In this document: piece by piece, positions 27,897-37,804 of the stretch
Numbering within the stretch: the stretch's first letter is position 1
Layout: every line of letters starts with the position of its first letter
NCBI GenBank assembly: GCA_030765185.1
Contig: JAVCDE010000024.1
Location: 443,538-507,537, forward strand
Length of the DNA: 64,000 nucleotides
Source: Candidatus Aceula meridiana
Lineage (GTDB): Bacteria > Omnitrophota > Gorgyraeia > Zapsychrales > Aceulaceae
Reading direction: 5' to 3'
Position numbers and translations under genes: made by a program
Notes under the pieces: model-generated
What the model was told of the DNA's origin: nothing
The model's input: the letters and a program-made list of their open reading frames with translations, nothing else
Databases searched by the model: none

Positions 27897-29372
27897 TTAA
27901 GTATTCTTAATAAATGTTCGCTTTAAAGTGTCGCCTAAGCGTCCTTTTTTGAGCTCTCCCCATAAAGCTGCGAGAATAAGAATTGGCGCTGTTAAAACAA
28001 ACAATATCAACTCTGAAGGCCTAAAAAATTTCACCTCAAAAATGTTCTTCCTTAATATTTTCACAAACCGGCCAGGTGTATAAAAAGAATATCGCATTCT
28101 TCGACCAATTTTTTTTAAGGCAGCGTGACTATACATATCCGAATAAAGCTCTCCTCTGTCTGTCACATGATAGCCCGGAGTTTTTTCGGCAATTTCTTTT
28201 AGCGCTGAAAACTTTTCTATTCTTAATTTATTAAACGTCATTCCGTCAACGCCGATTTCTTTAGCAAACTCCGGAATGCGCAACATCTCTTCTTCAGTTT
28301 CACCGATATTTCCATAAATAAAATATCCATGACAGTAAATCGGATATTTTGTAAGAACCTTAAAAGCCTCTCTGATATCATTAGAATTAAACCCCTTGTT
28401 AAACTGCTCAAGCACCCAGTCATGAGGTGATTCTATTCCTATCAAAAGCGCCTTAAATCCTGCCTTGACCATTTTATCCAAAAGCTGCGGATGCTTGGCA
28501 ATATCAATTCTTGTCTGGGCAATAAAACGCTTATTCAGCTTACGAGCAATAATTTCATCACAAATCTGCTCTGATCTTTTCTTATTGGCAAAAACTTCAT
28601 CATCCCCAAACAAAATAACGCCAGCGGTAGTATTTTCAATTTCATCGACCACAGATTTAATACTGCGTTCAGAATATTTTCGCTTTTGCCCTAGAGGATT
28701 CAAATTAAACGTGCAAAACTTACAATTAAACGGGCATCCTCTCGCTGTCAAAACAGAATCAAAAGAAAGATTCGCAACGCCAACTCCGTTTAGCGATAAA
28801 AGATATTTGTAACGTCTTAGACTTCGATCTGGAGGAACAAGATCTTCCGCGTCGATAAACGGTCTAAAGCCGGTATGAATAAGCTCACCGTTCTCCCTAT
28901 AAGAAATCCCCAAAATATCTTTAAGAGGTACATCACTTAAGATTTCTTTGATCGTAACCTCTCCCTCTCCTCGCACAACGATATCAACTGTTTCGCACCG
29001 ATCAAGCAACTCAACCGCACATTCTGTTGCCTTATACCCACCGACAATTAAAGGAATTTCTTTAGGAATTTTATTTAATAAATCACAAATTTCATCAAAT
29101 TGGCGGTCCCAGGTTAAACTTACTCCGATAAAATCAATTTCTTCTTGCCGAATAAAATCAACTAAATTATTCGTATCAGACAATTCTTTTTCCTGTCTCA
29201 AGTCAAGGACCGTTATTTTCTCCATATAATCCTTGGAGCTTGTGGCGATATACTCAAGACCAACCGGAGGAAAAATCCTCATCGCGCTGGTAGAGCTGCT
29301 TTCAGTGTAAGGATTTAAGAACAAACCATGACTATATTTCTTTTTTTTCTGCGTCTTTTTTACTTCTATCAT
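27897..29372 (-). CDS. B12-binding domain radical SAM protein (class B) with C-terminal TM segment
   Basis: N-terminal cobalamin-binding-like region. RGCPFNCKFCTF CxxxCxxC motif. C-terminal hydrophobic helix. Confidence 0.7.
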   Translation of the reverse strand: MIEVKKTQKKKKYSHGLFLNPYTESSSTSAMRIFPPVGLEYIATSSKDYMEKITVLDLRQEKELSDTNNLVDFIRQEEIDFIGVSLTWDRQFDEICDLLNKIPKEIPLIVGGYKATECAVELLDRCETVDIVVRGEGEVTIKEILSDVPLKDILGISYRENGELIHTGFRPFIDAEDLVPPDRSLRRYKYLLSLNGVGVANLSFDSVLTARGCPFNCKFCTFNLNPLGQKRKYSERSIKSVVDEIENTTAGVILFGDDEVFANKKRSEQICDEIIARKLNKRFIAQTRIDIAKHPQLLDKMVKAGFKALLIGIESPHDWVLEQFNKGFNSNDIREAFKVLTKYPIYCHGYFIYGNIGETEEEMLRIPEFAKEIGVDGMTFNKLRIEKFSALKEIAEKTPGYHVTDRGELYSDMYSHAALKKIGRRMRYSFYTPGRFVKILRKNIFEVKFFRPSELILFVLTAPILILAALWGELKKGRLGDTLKRTFIKNT

Positions 29373-29390
29373 ATCTTAGATCAACCCCTG

Positions 29391-29840
29391 TTAAAATATT
29401 AACTTATCAGAATCTTCCTTAAGCTTTAAAGTAGCATCCCGCTGTACTTGCTGTAACGTTGCTAATTCCTGGCGAATTTTGATCTTTTTCTGATGATCTT
29501 GCTCGCACAAAACATTTACTTCCGCAATTTCAATTTTTAAAGCATCAAGGACCTTCTGCAAGTCATCTACAGCAGAGACCTCTACGCAAATCGAATCCTT
29601 GATAAACCACATTTTTCTTTTAGCAATGTCGGAATCCTTCTTTTGAATTTCATAAAATTTCTTTTGCCAAGATTGATCAGGACTTGTCGCAAGCTTAAAA
29701 GAGACAACCCAATAATCTTTATTATCCGAGCTGATTCTGATCGAATCTTTATCAATGCCGACAATTTTTATTTCTTGATTCTCGCCACTCATCTGCCTTT
29801 TTCTCCCTTTCTTAAAAACTTTGATTGGCTTAACAACCAA
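29391..29840 (-). CDS. hypothetical protein with coiled-coil C-terminus
   Basis: 149 aa. Sits between the helicase stop and the B12-radical SAM start with gaps under 20 nt. Confidence 0.4.
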   Translation of the reverse strand: MVVKPIKVFKKGRKRQMSGENQEIKIVGIDKDSIRISSDNKDYWVVSFKLATSPDQSWQKKFYEIQKKDSDIAKRKMWFIKDSICVEVSAVDDLQKVLDALKIEIAEVNVLCEQDHQKKIKIRQELATLQQVQRDATLKLKEDSDKLIF

Positions 29841-29854
29841 AATTCTAACTAACC

Positions 29855-31108
29855 TTAACGCCTCCTACGGTTAGAACTATATGTTCTGCGTTGTCCCCTG
29901 CCAGAGCTGCGGGAGCTAAACACCGTTTGAGGCTTATCAAATTTCTCTAGAGAGCTGCCCTCATCAACTGAAAGCGGAATAGTTGCTTTTAACAAGCGTT
30001 CAATATCTTTAACACCTTGTCGTTGGTCAGGCGTAGCAAGCGAAATCGCATGTCCGGCCATTCCGGCGCGTCCGGTGCGACCAATTCTGTGAACATAGTT
30101 CTCTGTATCCTCAGGCAAATCATAATTAACAACTAGCTCAATTCCTACAACATCGATGCCTCGAGAGGCAATGTCAGTTGCAGCTAAAATTCTATATCGG
30201 CCTTTGCGGAATCCTTCTAAGGCTTCCCTGCGCTGGGACAGAGAACGGTCTGAATGGATCTCCGCAGCCCGATGCCCTAAGGCACGAACTGCACGGGCGG
30301 CTTTTTTGGTTCCAATTTTCGTACGGCAAAATAGCAATACTGACCCTCTGTACTGCTTTAGTATTTTTCCTAAAACCTCAATCTTTTTTTCTCTGCGGAC
30401 AATAAATAACTCATGCGATACATCTTCCGCTGAAGTCCCCGGAGGGGCAATTTCCACCTGAACCGGAAACTTCATATAAGAGGTAGCAATACGAACGATT
30501 GTTGATGGCATGGTGGCTGAAAAAAGCATGGTCTGCCGCTTGCCTGTTACAACTTTTAATATTTTCTCAATCTGCGGAGCAAAGCCCATATCCAGCATAC
30601 GGTCAGCTTCATCTAAGACCAAAATGCCAACCTTATCCAGATGAATCTTCCGTTGTTGCATCAAATCGATGAGACGCCCCGGAGTCGCGATAAAAATCCT
30701 TGGATGTTGTTGCAAAGCTCTTATCTGAGTATGGATCGGAGCCCCACCTATCAAAACTACTGTTTTCATATTAAATGGGCGGGCAATTTTAGCAACACTT
30801 TCTTCAACCTGAAAAGCCAATTCTCGGGTTGGAACTAAAATCAACGCCGATAAATTATTTTTAGCAAGATTCTGAACCGTAGGAATAGCAAAAGCCATGG
30901 TCTTGCCTGTCCCGGTCTGCGCGATGCCGATAAAGTCTTTGTCCTCTAAAGCAATCGGTATTGCCTTGTGCTGTATAGGCGTCGCGTTCTTAAATCCTAA
31001 TTGACCAATCTTTTCAATAATCTTTGGGGCAATTCCCAGTCCATAAAAACTAAGCGGTTGTGCATTACCTTCTAGGGTGTCTTTTGTTTCAATTTTTTTG
31101 TTCTTCAT
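29855..31108 (-). CDS. DEAD-box ATP-dependent RNA helicase
   Basis: Q-motif region. AQTGTGKT, DEAD, SAT, HRIGRTGRAG. Arg-rich C-terminal tail. Confidence 0.9.
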   Translation of the reverse strand: MKNKKIETKDTLEGNAQPLSFYGLGIAPKIIEKIGQLGFKNATPIQHKAIPIALEDKDFIGIAQTGTGKTMAFAIPTVQNLAKNNLSALILVPTRELAFQVEESVAKIARPFNMKTVVLIGGAPIHTQIRALQQHPRIFIATPGRLIDLMQQRKIHLDKVGILVLDEADRMLDMGFAPQIEKILKVVTGKRQTMLFSATMPSTIVRIATSYMKFPVQVEIAPPGTSAEDVSHELFIVRREKKIEVLGKILKQYRGSVLLFCRTKIGTKKAARAVRALGHRAAEIHSDRSLSQRREALEGFRKGRYRILAATDIASRGIDVVGIELVVNYDLPEDTENYVHRIGRTGRAGMAGHAISLATPDQRQGVKDIERLLKATIPLSVDEGSSLEKFDKPQTVFSSRSSGRGQRRTYSSNRRRR

Positions 31109-31119
31109 TAACTACTCCT

Positions 31120-31186
31120 AAATGAGTCCGCCACTAAATCAATAACGGATGAATTTATCCCGCACTCGCAGGATTTCCTTAGTTTG
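31120..31186 (-). repeat. copy D of the conserved structured intergenic element (5' of the helicase)
   Basis: AAATGAGTCCGCC...GAATTTATCCCGCACTCGCAGGATTTCCTTAGTTTG. Shares its ends with copy B. Confidence 0.5.
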
Positions 31187-31357
31187 ACTGAGACTTTTGT
31201 GCTCTTTTTTCTTGTGACGCATAATCGCTGTGAACATTACAAAAAGCATCTTCATTGTAAATGCTCAAAGTATGTTTGCAATGAGGATGCTTACATTTTC
31301 TTCCTTTTGGCGAAATTTTTATTTTTTTGATAACAATCCCTTTCGTTTCGAGGGTCC

Positions 31358-31396
31358 AAAAAAACCGCGAAGGTTAGTTGTCTCCCTCGCGGTTTT
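31358..31396 (-). terminator. intrinsic terminator on the minus strand (hairpin plus U7)
   Basis: Minus strand reads AACCGCGAGGG-AGACAACTAA-CCTTCGCGG-TTTTTTT. About 40 nt downstream of a TGgTATAAT extended -10 at 31425..31440. Confidence 0.5.
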
Positions 31397-31440
31397 AAGA
31401 TCCTCTAATCTTTCGATTATTATACCATGTTATCAAATAT

Positions 31441-31535
31441 AATGTATTTTTTCTTAAATGAACACATCTCTTGCGCGACTAAAAGGGAGCGCTAAGATAT
31501 ATGCACGAATTTACCCCGTGTTCGAAACGCATAGG
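31441..31535 (-). repeat. degenerate fifth copy of the structured intergenic element
   Basis: Minus strand reads GGGGTAAATTCG...GCGC-TCCCTTTTAGTC-GCGC...TTCATTTAAG, paralleling copy A. Confidence 0.35.
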
Positions 31536-31538
31536 GGT

Positions 31539-31569
31539 AAAAAAAGGCCCATCGTCATGGGCCTTTTTT
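31539..31569. terminator. bidirectional intrinsic terminator downstream of the ferredoxin gene
   Basis: AAAAAAA-GGCCCATCGTCATGGGCC-TTTTTT. Confidence 0.65.
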
Positions 31570-31586
31570 GTATCAAATTTTAATAA

Positions 31587-31772
31587 CTATTCAACCGTAA
31601 TCGCTGCGGCTGGGCAAGCATCTGCTGCGGACTTGCATTTATCTTCTAGTCCTGCAGGAACCTCTGCGGCGTGAACAACTGCCTTATCATTTTCCATCTT
31701 AAAAACCTCAGGGCAAGTATCAACGCAATCCTGACTTCCAACGCATAAATTTTGATCAACTTTTGCTTTCAT
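31587..31772 (-). CDS. small ferredoxin (single-cluster, Pyrococcus/Thermotoga type)
   Basis: MKAKVDQNLCVGSQDCVDTCPEVF...CKSAADACP (CxxxxCxxxCP...CP). Start set at the internal ATG with a GGAGGGAG RBS. Confidence 0.75.
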   Translation of the reverse strand: MKAKVDQNLCVGSQDCVDTCPEVFKMENDKAVVHAAEVPAGLEDKCKSAADACPAAAITVE

Positions 31773-31906
31773 TTTTGCTCCCTCCTTTTTTATATTATAA
31801 ATAAAATATTCATTTCTTATTAAGTGGTGGTATTGTACCTCCAGCATAAAATAACCGCAAGTTAAATTACCTTGCCGAACATGCCTATATCGAACTATAA
31901 ATAATA

Positions 31907-31953
31907 TTGTACACGTTGGGTTTGTTTGTTATAATCGGGATTCAAACAAACAA
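31907..31953 (+). promoter_or_regulatory. sigma70-like promoter with overlapping inverted-repeat operator upstream of the MFS transporter
   Basis: -35 TTGTAC (31907-12), 17-nt spacer, -10 TATAAT (31930-35). Inverted repeat TTGTTTGTT (31922-30) / AACAAACAA (31945-53) brackets the -10. Confidence 0.45.
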
Positions 31954-32007
31954 TTCTTTATTAGAATTATTACTAATTTTATTATTAATTAAGGAGACAG
32001 TGCTTAC

Positions 32008-33750
32008 ATGAATCAGTCAACCCATCATGAAACAGCTCCCGAAGATCGTATTCCGGTTTCTCAAAAACTTGCCTACAGCATGGGATCAATGGCCAATGAC
32101 AGTCAAGCTGCTTGGATTGGCCAAATGGTAGCTATTTTGATCCTTGGCTTAGGCATCAGCCCTGCCTTAGTTGGTCTAATAGGATTTATCCCTCGTATTT
32201 TTGATGGTGTTTTGGATCCCATCATTGGTTTTAGCTCAGATAACGCACGTACAAAATACGGCAGACGCAAACCATTTATTTTCTGGGGGGCTATCATAGC
32301 GGGTATCTGTTATGCGCTTATGTTCCAACTTTATCCTGAAAACAGCAATACCTTCAACGGCTGGTACTTTTTAATATTGCAAGTCATATTTTTTGCGGCT
32401 TTTACTTGCTTTTCCATTCCCTGGCTTGCCTTGGGTTATGAGTTAACCCCTGACTATCATGAACGAACAGCCTTGCAGGGTTGGAGTAGGGTTATGGCGC
32501 AAATACCTTGGCTTATCTCTCCTTGGTGCTGGGCTATTCTCTACAACAAAAATTGGTTTTCTAATCCTCAAACAGGTGAAGCCGATCCTGTTTTGGGAGC
32601 TCGCCTTGTCGCAATTATTATCGGTGGTCTGATCATTGCCGGCGGCGTCCTTCCAGCCATTTTTAATAAAGAACATTTTGCCAATCTTCCTAAGCCAAAG
32701 AAAATAACTGGCGACTTTATTAAGAACCTAACGTCGCAAAGCAAAGAATTTCTTTCCAGGCTTTACATTATTTGCTCTGCACTTGCCTTTCTCTTTTCTT
32801 TTTATATTAGCTCGGAAGCTTTTCCTTGGTTTACCTTACCCGTAAGGTTTGCGGCTATTGCCTTAGGCGGTGCGGTGTTTTCAGGTGTCTTCATGCTACT
32901 CTATGCGGATCCTGTACTTAAAAAATTATTTGATAATATTGCCCTTACGTTTAAAATTAAACTTTTTGTTAAAATTTGTGCAGGCACATTTTTAGTCTTT
33001 AATGGATTCATGCTCTCTTCCACTTTTATTCTTTGGGTTATTTTCTTTCATCTCTTTAAAAATGCTCCTGACACAGGACTGGCTTATTCTGCAGGAGGAA
33101 AACTGCTTGGTGTCTACGGAACTTTTAGTGCGATCTGTATGGCTCTTATTATCCCAAGGATTGTATGGCTTACCAAAAAGCTAGGAAAAAGGAGTGCCTT
33201 TTTTATCACCATCCCCCTTTCTATTGTTGGTTTTGCAATGAAATGGCCTGCATACTTACAAGTCCATCCGGCAAATAGTGAACTCTGGTCCATGTTAAGT
33301 GCACCAGGTTTTATCAACTTCGTGAAAGTTTGCTGGTTTGTTGCCATGGAGCATTGGCTTCTCTTGGCATGTGCACCGTTTATTGCTTTTGGCCTTGGAT
33401 CAATCTTTACTATTTTCTTATCGATGCTCGCAGACACCTGTGATGTTGATGAACTTGAGACAGGAGAACGCCGCGAAGGGATGTTTACCGCAGTCTACTG
33501 GTGGATGGTCAAAATGGGGTTAGCCGTTTCGGGTCTTCTCGGTGGAGCCATGCTCACTTGGACAGGATTTGATCAAGCAAAAGGCACTGGTCAGTCTTTA
33601 GACACGTTGCTATGGATGAGAATTCTTGATGTTAGTATTCCCATAATAGCTTCTTTAATCGCGATTGGCTTTATTACAACTATTAAATTTTCGGAAAAAG
33701 ATGCCTACGAAGTCCGTAGACAGCTAGAAGAACGACGAGGAAAAGCATAA
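32008..33750 (+). CDS. MFS transporter, glycoside-pentoside-hexuronide (GPH):cation symporter family
   Basis: 580 aa, 12-14 TM. MelB-like N-terminal motifs (GYSMGSMANDSQ, DPIIGFSSDN). Confidence 0.75.
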   Translation: MNQSTHHETAPEDRIPVSQKLAYSMGSMANDSQAAWIGQMVAILILGLGISPALVGLIGFIPRIFDGVLDPIIGFSSDNARTKYGRRKPFIFWGAIIAGICYALMFQLYPENSNTFNGWYFLILQVIFFAAFTCFSIPWLALGYELTPDYHERTALQGWSRVMAQIPWLISPWCWAILYNKNWFSNPQTGEADPVLGARLVAIIIGGLIIAGGVLPAIFNKEHFANLPKPKKITGDFIKNLTSQSKEFLSRLYIICSALAFLFSFYISSEAFPWFTLPVRFAAIALGGAVFSGVFMLLYADPVLKKLFDNIALTFKIKLFVKICAGTFLVFNGFMLSSTFILWVIFFHLFKNAPDTGLAYSAGGKLLGVYGTFSAICMALIIPRIVWLTKKLGKRSAFFITIPLSIVGFAMKWPAYLQVHPANSELWSMLSAPGFINFVKVCWFVAMEHWLLLACAPFIAFGLGSIFTIFLSMLADTCDVDELETGERREGMFTAVYWWMVKMGLAVSGLLGGAMLTWTGFDQAKGTGQSLDTLLWMRILDVSIPIIASLIAIGFITTIKFSEKDAYEVRRQLEERRGKA

Positions 33751-33763
33751 GGCAAGGTGGCGC

Positions 33764-34705
33764 ATGACAAAAAATGTCTCTGATAAAAGTCTAAAATTAA
33801 AACCTCTGATTATTTTTCCCCACCAGGGGTACGAAAACAATAAACAATGTGAATGGTATTTTTGGTGGACCGTTCAGAGGTGTAAAGAAATTGACCCCAA
33901 GCCGATTGTTGTCTTATCCAGAGACACGGTCATCCGAGGCGATGCTGTCTCTTTCATTGAGGATGAAAGATACAAAACTCTTGAGGTAATCCAAACCTGG
34001 TCTGTGGATACGTGCCAGACATGGCTTGCCGGGTGGGGCCATGTGCTTGACAACTACCCGAAAGCCGAAAGGCTTGTGCAAATCCCCGGGGATATTGACT
34101 ATATTCACGAGGACATTGAATTCTACAACAATCTCGGAAACTTTATTGAAACACCTTCCTCAGATATTACCATAGGCGATTTTATAACAGGCGATAAATA
34201 TAGCGCAAAGAGCTTGGTTGACACTTATGGGACCTATTCCCTCCTGGCAAACTGGTTTCCTAAGATCTCGCAAGGCATCAGGTCCCTGCCTTTAAATCGG
34301 CCGCGGTCTGAATTTCTTAATATTAAGACATCTGTTTTAAGTAATCTTTTGATTAATAACAAGAATTTTGCTTATGAACAAACTCTAAACTTTCTTATCA
34401 AAAGCTGGAACTATGAGAAGTTAAATTGGAAATATGATATTTCCATTTTTCCTTTAGGAACCTTATCTGACAATAAATCTTTTAGGGACTACAGAGGATG
34501 CATCGATCAAATTGAAAGAATCGAAAGGATGCTTTCTTTGTTGTGGCGGGAAATTCATGAGCCAAGAAAGCAAGATGGCGTAAGTGATCAAGAATTTGAA
34601 GAGCAATATGCCTTATTCAGCAATGAATATGACAACCTCCGCACCAAATCAAAGGGCATTATGGAAACCGCCCGAACAACCATAAGAGCGCTTTTAGGAG
34701 TATAA
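33764..34705 (+). CDS. hypothetical cytoplasmic protein (313 aa) encoded with the GPH transporter
   Basis: Start 14 nt after the transporter stop. No recognisable motif. Confidence 0.45.
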   Translation: MTKNVSDKSLKLKPLIIFPHQGYENNKQCEWYFWWTVQRCKEIDPKPIVVLSRDTVIRGDAVSFIEDERYKTLEVIQTWSVDTCQTWLAGWGHVLDNYPKAERLVQIPGDIDYIHEDIEFYNNLGNFIETPSSDITIGDFITGDKYSAKSLVDTYGTYSLLANWFPKISQGIRSLPLNRPRSEFLNIKTSVLSNLLINNKNFAYEQTLNFLIKSWNYEKLNWKYDISIFPLGTLSDNKSFRDYRGCIDQIERIERMLSLLWREIHEPRKQDGVSDQEFEEQYALFSNEYDNLRTKSKGIMETARTTIRALLGV

Positions 34706-34740
34706 AAAGCGAAGTCTCTCCTTTTAAAAATTTTAGCATC

Positions 34741-34777
34741 AAAAAAAGCCCAGTTCTTTTTAAGAACTGGGCTTTTG
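34741..34777. terminator. bidirectional intrinsic terminator between convergent genes
   Basis: AAAAAAA-GCCCAGTTCTT-TTTA-AAGAACTGGGC-TTTT. Confidence 0.65.
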
Positions 34778-34806
34778 AGTTTGGCCTATTACAATTTAAG
34801 ACGGCA

Positions 34807-37281
34807 TCAGGCCTTAAGAGATTTCACTTTCCAGATTTCGTTGTTATATTCACGAATTGTTCGATCACTTGAAAAAGCATAGGAATGGGAAACATTAATA
34901 ATTGATTTCTTAAACCATTCCTCTCTATCCAAATACAAATTCGAAACAGCATCTTGCGCCGCACAGTAAGAATCAAAATCAGCGCAGATAAAAAAGGGAT
35001 CTGCGTTATAGACGGAATCTAAAACGGGATTAAATAATCCCGGATGATAAGCAGAAAAATAATTCTTTGAAATTAATTCAAGAACCTCTTTTAGTTTTGT
35101 AGACCGATTAATGAAGTCCTCAGGACGATATCCCTGCCGGCGAAGCTGGTCAATTTCTTGCGCATTTTTTCCAAAAATAAAGATGTTCTCTTCACCGACA
35201 AGCTCCGCGATTTCGATATTAGCCCCGTCTAAAGTGCCGATCGTTAAGGCCCCGTTGAGCATAAATTTCATATTGCCTGTTCCGGAGGCCTCGGTCCCGG
35301 CTGTCGAAATTTGCTCGGACAGATCACTGGCGGGGAATATTCTTTCAGCCAGAGAAACACGATAATTTTCCAAAAACACAACTTTCATTTTGTCCTGCAC
35401 CGCTTTATCCCTGTTAACAATATCGGCGATACAATTAATTAATTTTATTGAAAGCTTAGCCATAGAATAACTCGGCGCGGCCTTTCCCCCAACCATAAAC
35501 GTTCGGGGCTGAATAAAACTCTTAGGGTCATTTTTGGCTTTTAAATACTGAGAAATCATAAAAAACGCAAACATCAATTGCCTTTTATATTCGTGAATAC
35601 GTTTAATCTGAATATCAAAAATGCTCTCCGGGTCGATAATAATATTTGTTTTGCTTTTAATATATTCCGCAAGCTCATTTTTGTTCTGCTGCTTTATCTT
35701 CTGCCAGCGTGCGCGGAAGGGATTGTCTTGCGCAAGCGGAAGCAATTTTTTGAGCTGGTCTAAATCCGTGACCCACGTTTTGCCGATGGCCTGCGTTATC
35801 AAGCCGGATAAAGCCGGATTTGCTTTAAGCAGCCACCTTCTTGGAGTAATCCCGTTAGTTTTATTATTAAATTTTTCGGGATAGAGGTCGTTAAAATCTT
35901 TGAGCATTTTGGTTTTCAAAAGTTCTGTGTGCAGCTTGGAAACGCCATTGACTGAAAAACTTCCCACAATAGATAAAAATGCCATTCGGATTTTCTTAGG
36001 ATACCCCTCCTCGACAATGGATACACGCCTCAACAAATCTGTATTGCCCGGATAACGACCCGCGATATCGCTCAAGAACCTTGCATTTATTTCATAAATA
36101 ATTTGAAGATGGCGAGGCAAAATCCGTTCGAACAAGTCAACAGGCCAACATTCCAATGCCTCCGGCATCAAGGTATGATTTGTGTAGGCAAATGTCTTAG
36201 CCGTAACATTCCAGGCCTCATCCCAATCAAAACTATAGTCATCTAACAAAATCCTCATAAGCTCAACAATCGCTATTGAAGGATGCGTGTCATTAAGCTG
36301 TATCGTTGCCTTTTGCGGCAATTCTCTTAAATCGGAATTCTCAGATTTAAAACGGCGGATAATATCTGCGATAGAAGCCGCGGAAAAAAAATATTCCTGC
36401 TGAAGGCGCAACTCCTTGCCCTTGCTGATATCATCGCTGGGATAAAGAACTTTTGAAATATTCTCCGATAAAATCTTTTGTTGGACAGCGCGTTCATAAT
36501 CTCCGTGACGAAAATAATCAAAATCAAATTCTTCTGTGCTGCGCCCGGCCCACAAGCGCAGAGTGTTGACGATATCATTTTTATATCCCGGAATAGGAAA
36601 ATCATATGGAACAGCCAAGACATCATGCGTATCAACCCATCTAAAGTTTAACTGGCCGTTTTTATCAGTATAAGATTCACTGCGGCCATAAAATTGAATC
36701 TTCACTGCATATTCGGGCCTTGCAAACTCCCAAGGACTGCCGTTTTGAAGCCATTCGTCAGGAAGCTCAACTTGATATCCATCTTTTATCTTTTGATTAA
36801 AAATGCCATATTCAAAACGAATTCCGTATCCATGGGCTGGCAACCCCAGCGTTGCAATCGAATCTAAAAAACACGCAGCTAACCGGCCTAGCCCCCCGTT
36901 GCCCAGGCCTGCGTCAAGTTCTTGTTCGCGAAGTTCTTCAGCGTCAAAACCTAATTCTTGCAGGGCAGCCCCTAATTCTTTTTCTAGCCCGAGGTTATAC
37001 ATATAGTTGCCTAATAACCGTCCGATGAGAAATTCCATAGAGAGATAATATACCCGTTTAACATTTTGCTTATGATAGCTCTGCTGGGTTTGGATCCATC
37101 TTTCCACGACTCTATCCCGCACGGCTAAAGCCGTCGCCCAATAATTATCGTTCATCGTGGCAGAATACTTATCTTTTGAAATGGCGTATTCTCTGTTTTC
37201 ATGGAAAGCTACTTTAAGCGCATCTTTATCCATGCTTTTATATTTAACTTTCCAAACCTGATTTTTCGCCTTTTTTGGCAT
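34807..37281 (-). CDS. glgP: alpha-glucan (glycogen/maltodextrin) phosphorylase
   Basis: EASGTGNMKFMLNGALTIGTLDGANIE pyridoxal-phosphate site. 824 aa. Confidence 0.9.
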   Translation of the reverse strand: MPKKAKNQVWKVKYKSMDKDALKVAFHENREYAISKDKYSATMNDNYWATALAVRDRVVERWIQTQQSYHKQNVKRVYYLSMEFLIGRLLGNYMYNLGLEKELGAALQELGFDAEELREQELDAGLGNGGLGRLAACFLDSIATLGLPAHGYGIRFEYGIFNQKIKDGYQVELPDEWLQNGSPWEFARPEYAVKIQFYGRSESYTDKNGQLNFRWVDTHDVLAVPYDFPIPGYKNDIVNTLRLWAGRSTEEFDFDYFRHGDYERAVQQKILSENISKVLYPSDDISKGKELRLQQEYFFSAASIADIIRRFKSENSDLRELPQKATIQLNDTHPSIAIVELMRILLDDYSFDWDEAWNVTAKTFAYTNHTLMPEALECWPVDLFERILPRHLQIIYEINARFLSDIAGRYPGNTDLLRRVSIVEEGYPKKIRMAFLSIVGSFSVNGVSKLHTELLKTKMLKDFNDLYPEKFNNKTNGITPRRWLLKANPALSGLITQAIGKTWVTDLDQLKKLLPLAQDNPFRARWQKIKQQNKNELAEYIKSKTNIIIDPESIFDIQIKRIHEYKRQLMFAFFMISQYLKAKNDPKSFIQPRTFMVGGKAAPSYSMAKLSIKLINCIADIVNRDKAVQDKMKVVFLENYRVSLAERIFPASDLSEQISTAGTEASGTGNMKFMLNGALTIGTLDGANIEIAELVGEENIFIFGKNAQEIDQLRRQGYRPEDFINRSTKLKEVLELISKNYFSAYHPGLFNPVLDSVYNADPFFICADFDSYCAAQDAVSNLYLDREEWFKKSIINVSHSYAFSSDRTIREYNNEIWKVKSLKA

Positions 37282-37368
37282 ATCAACTCTCTTTCGCTAA
37301 AAACTATTTCTAAAAAATGCGCCTCAGAGGATTTACAATCTTTCTTTTCAGATCAATAAAGCAATTAC

Positions 37369-37794
37369 CTACTTTGTGCTCCATTGACCGTCTTCAAGCT
37401 GAATTTTCTCGCCGGGTTCTGCGTTATCCCTTTGAGTTTGAGCAAAAACTTTCTCAATCGTAGCGATGGCACTCTCAAGATTATTCTGCCTGGCAATCGT
37501 TTGATAAATGATTTTTCTGTCCTTATTTTCTAAATCAACGAGCCTTTTGACATCTGCTTCATCCGAAAAAGCATCCACATATCCTCGATTATTTTCTCCA
37601 GCTTTACCCTGCTGCTTTATTCTCTGTAGCTCATCATAACGACTTCTACGGTCTTCTAAAGCAGACATAACTTCAGGCGTCATTTCCTTGATCGTATATT
37701 TCTCAGCAGCCCAGACAATAGGAGCCAAAGATGTCATGGATACCATTGATATTATAAAAAAGAACATTAAAAAAATAGAAACTTTGCGAAACAT
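37369..37794 (-). CDS. YdbL-like (DUF1318) periplasmic protein
   Basis: Signal peptide. Third gene of a ydbH-ynbE-ydbL-like arrangement. Confidence 0.5.
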   Translation of the reverse strand: MFRKVSIFLMFFFIISMVSMTSLAPIVWAAEKYTIKEMTPEVMSALEDRRSRYDELQRIKQQGKAGENNRGYVDAFSDEADVKRLVDLENKDRKIIYQTIARQNNLESAIATIEKVFAQTQRDNAEPGEKIQLEDGQWSTK

Positions 37795-37804
37795 GTTTTC
37801 CTCC

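Noticed and set aside
31230-31442. 70-aa plus-strand ORF
   Set aside because: It sits across the promoter/terminator/small-RNA candidate region, has no RBS and a hydrophobic low-complexity sequence.
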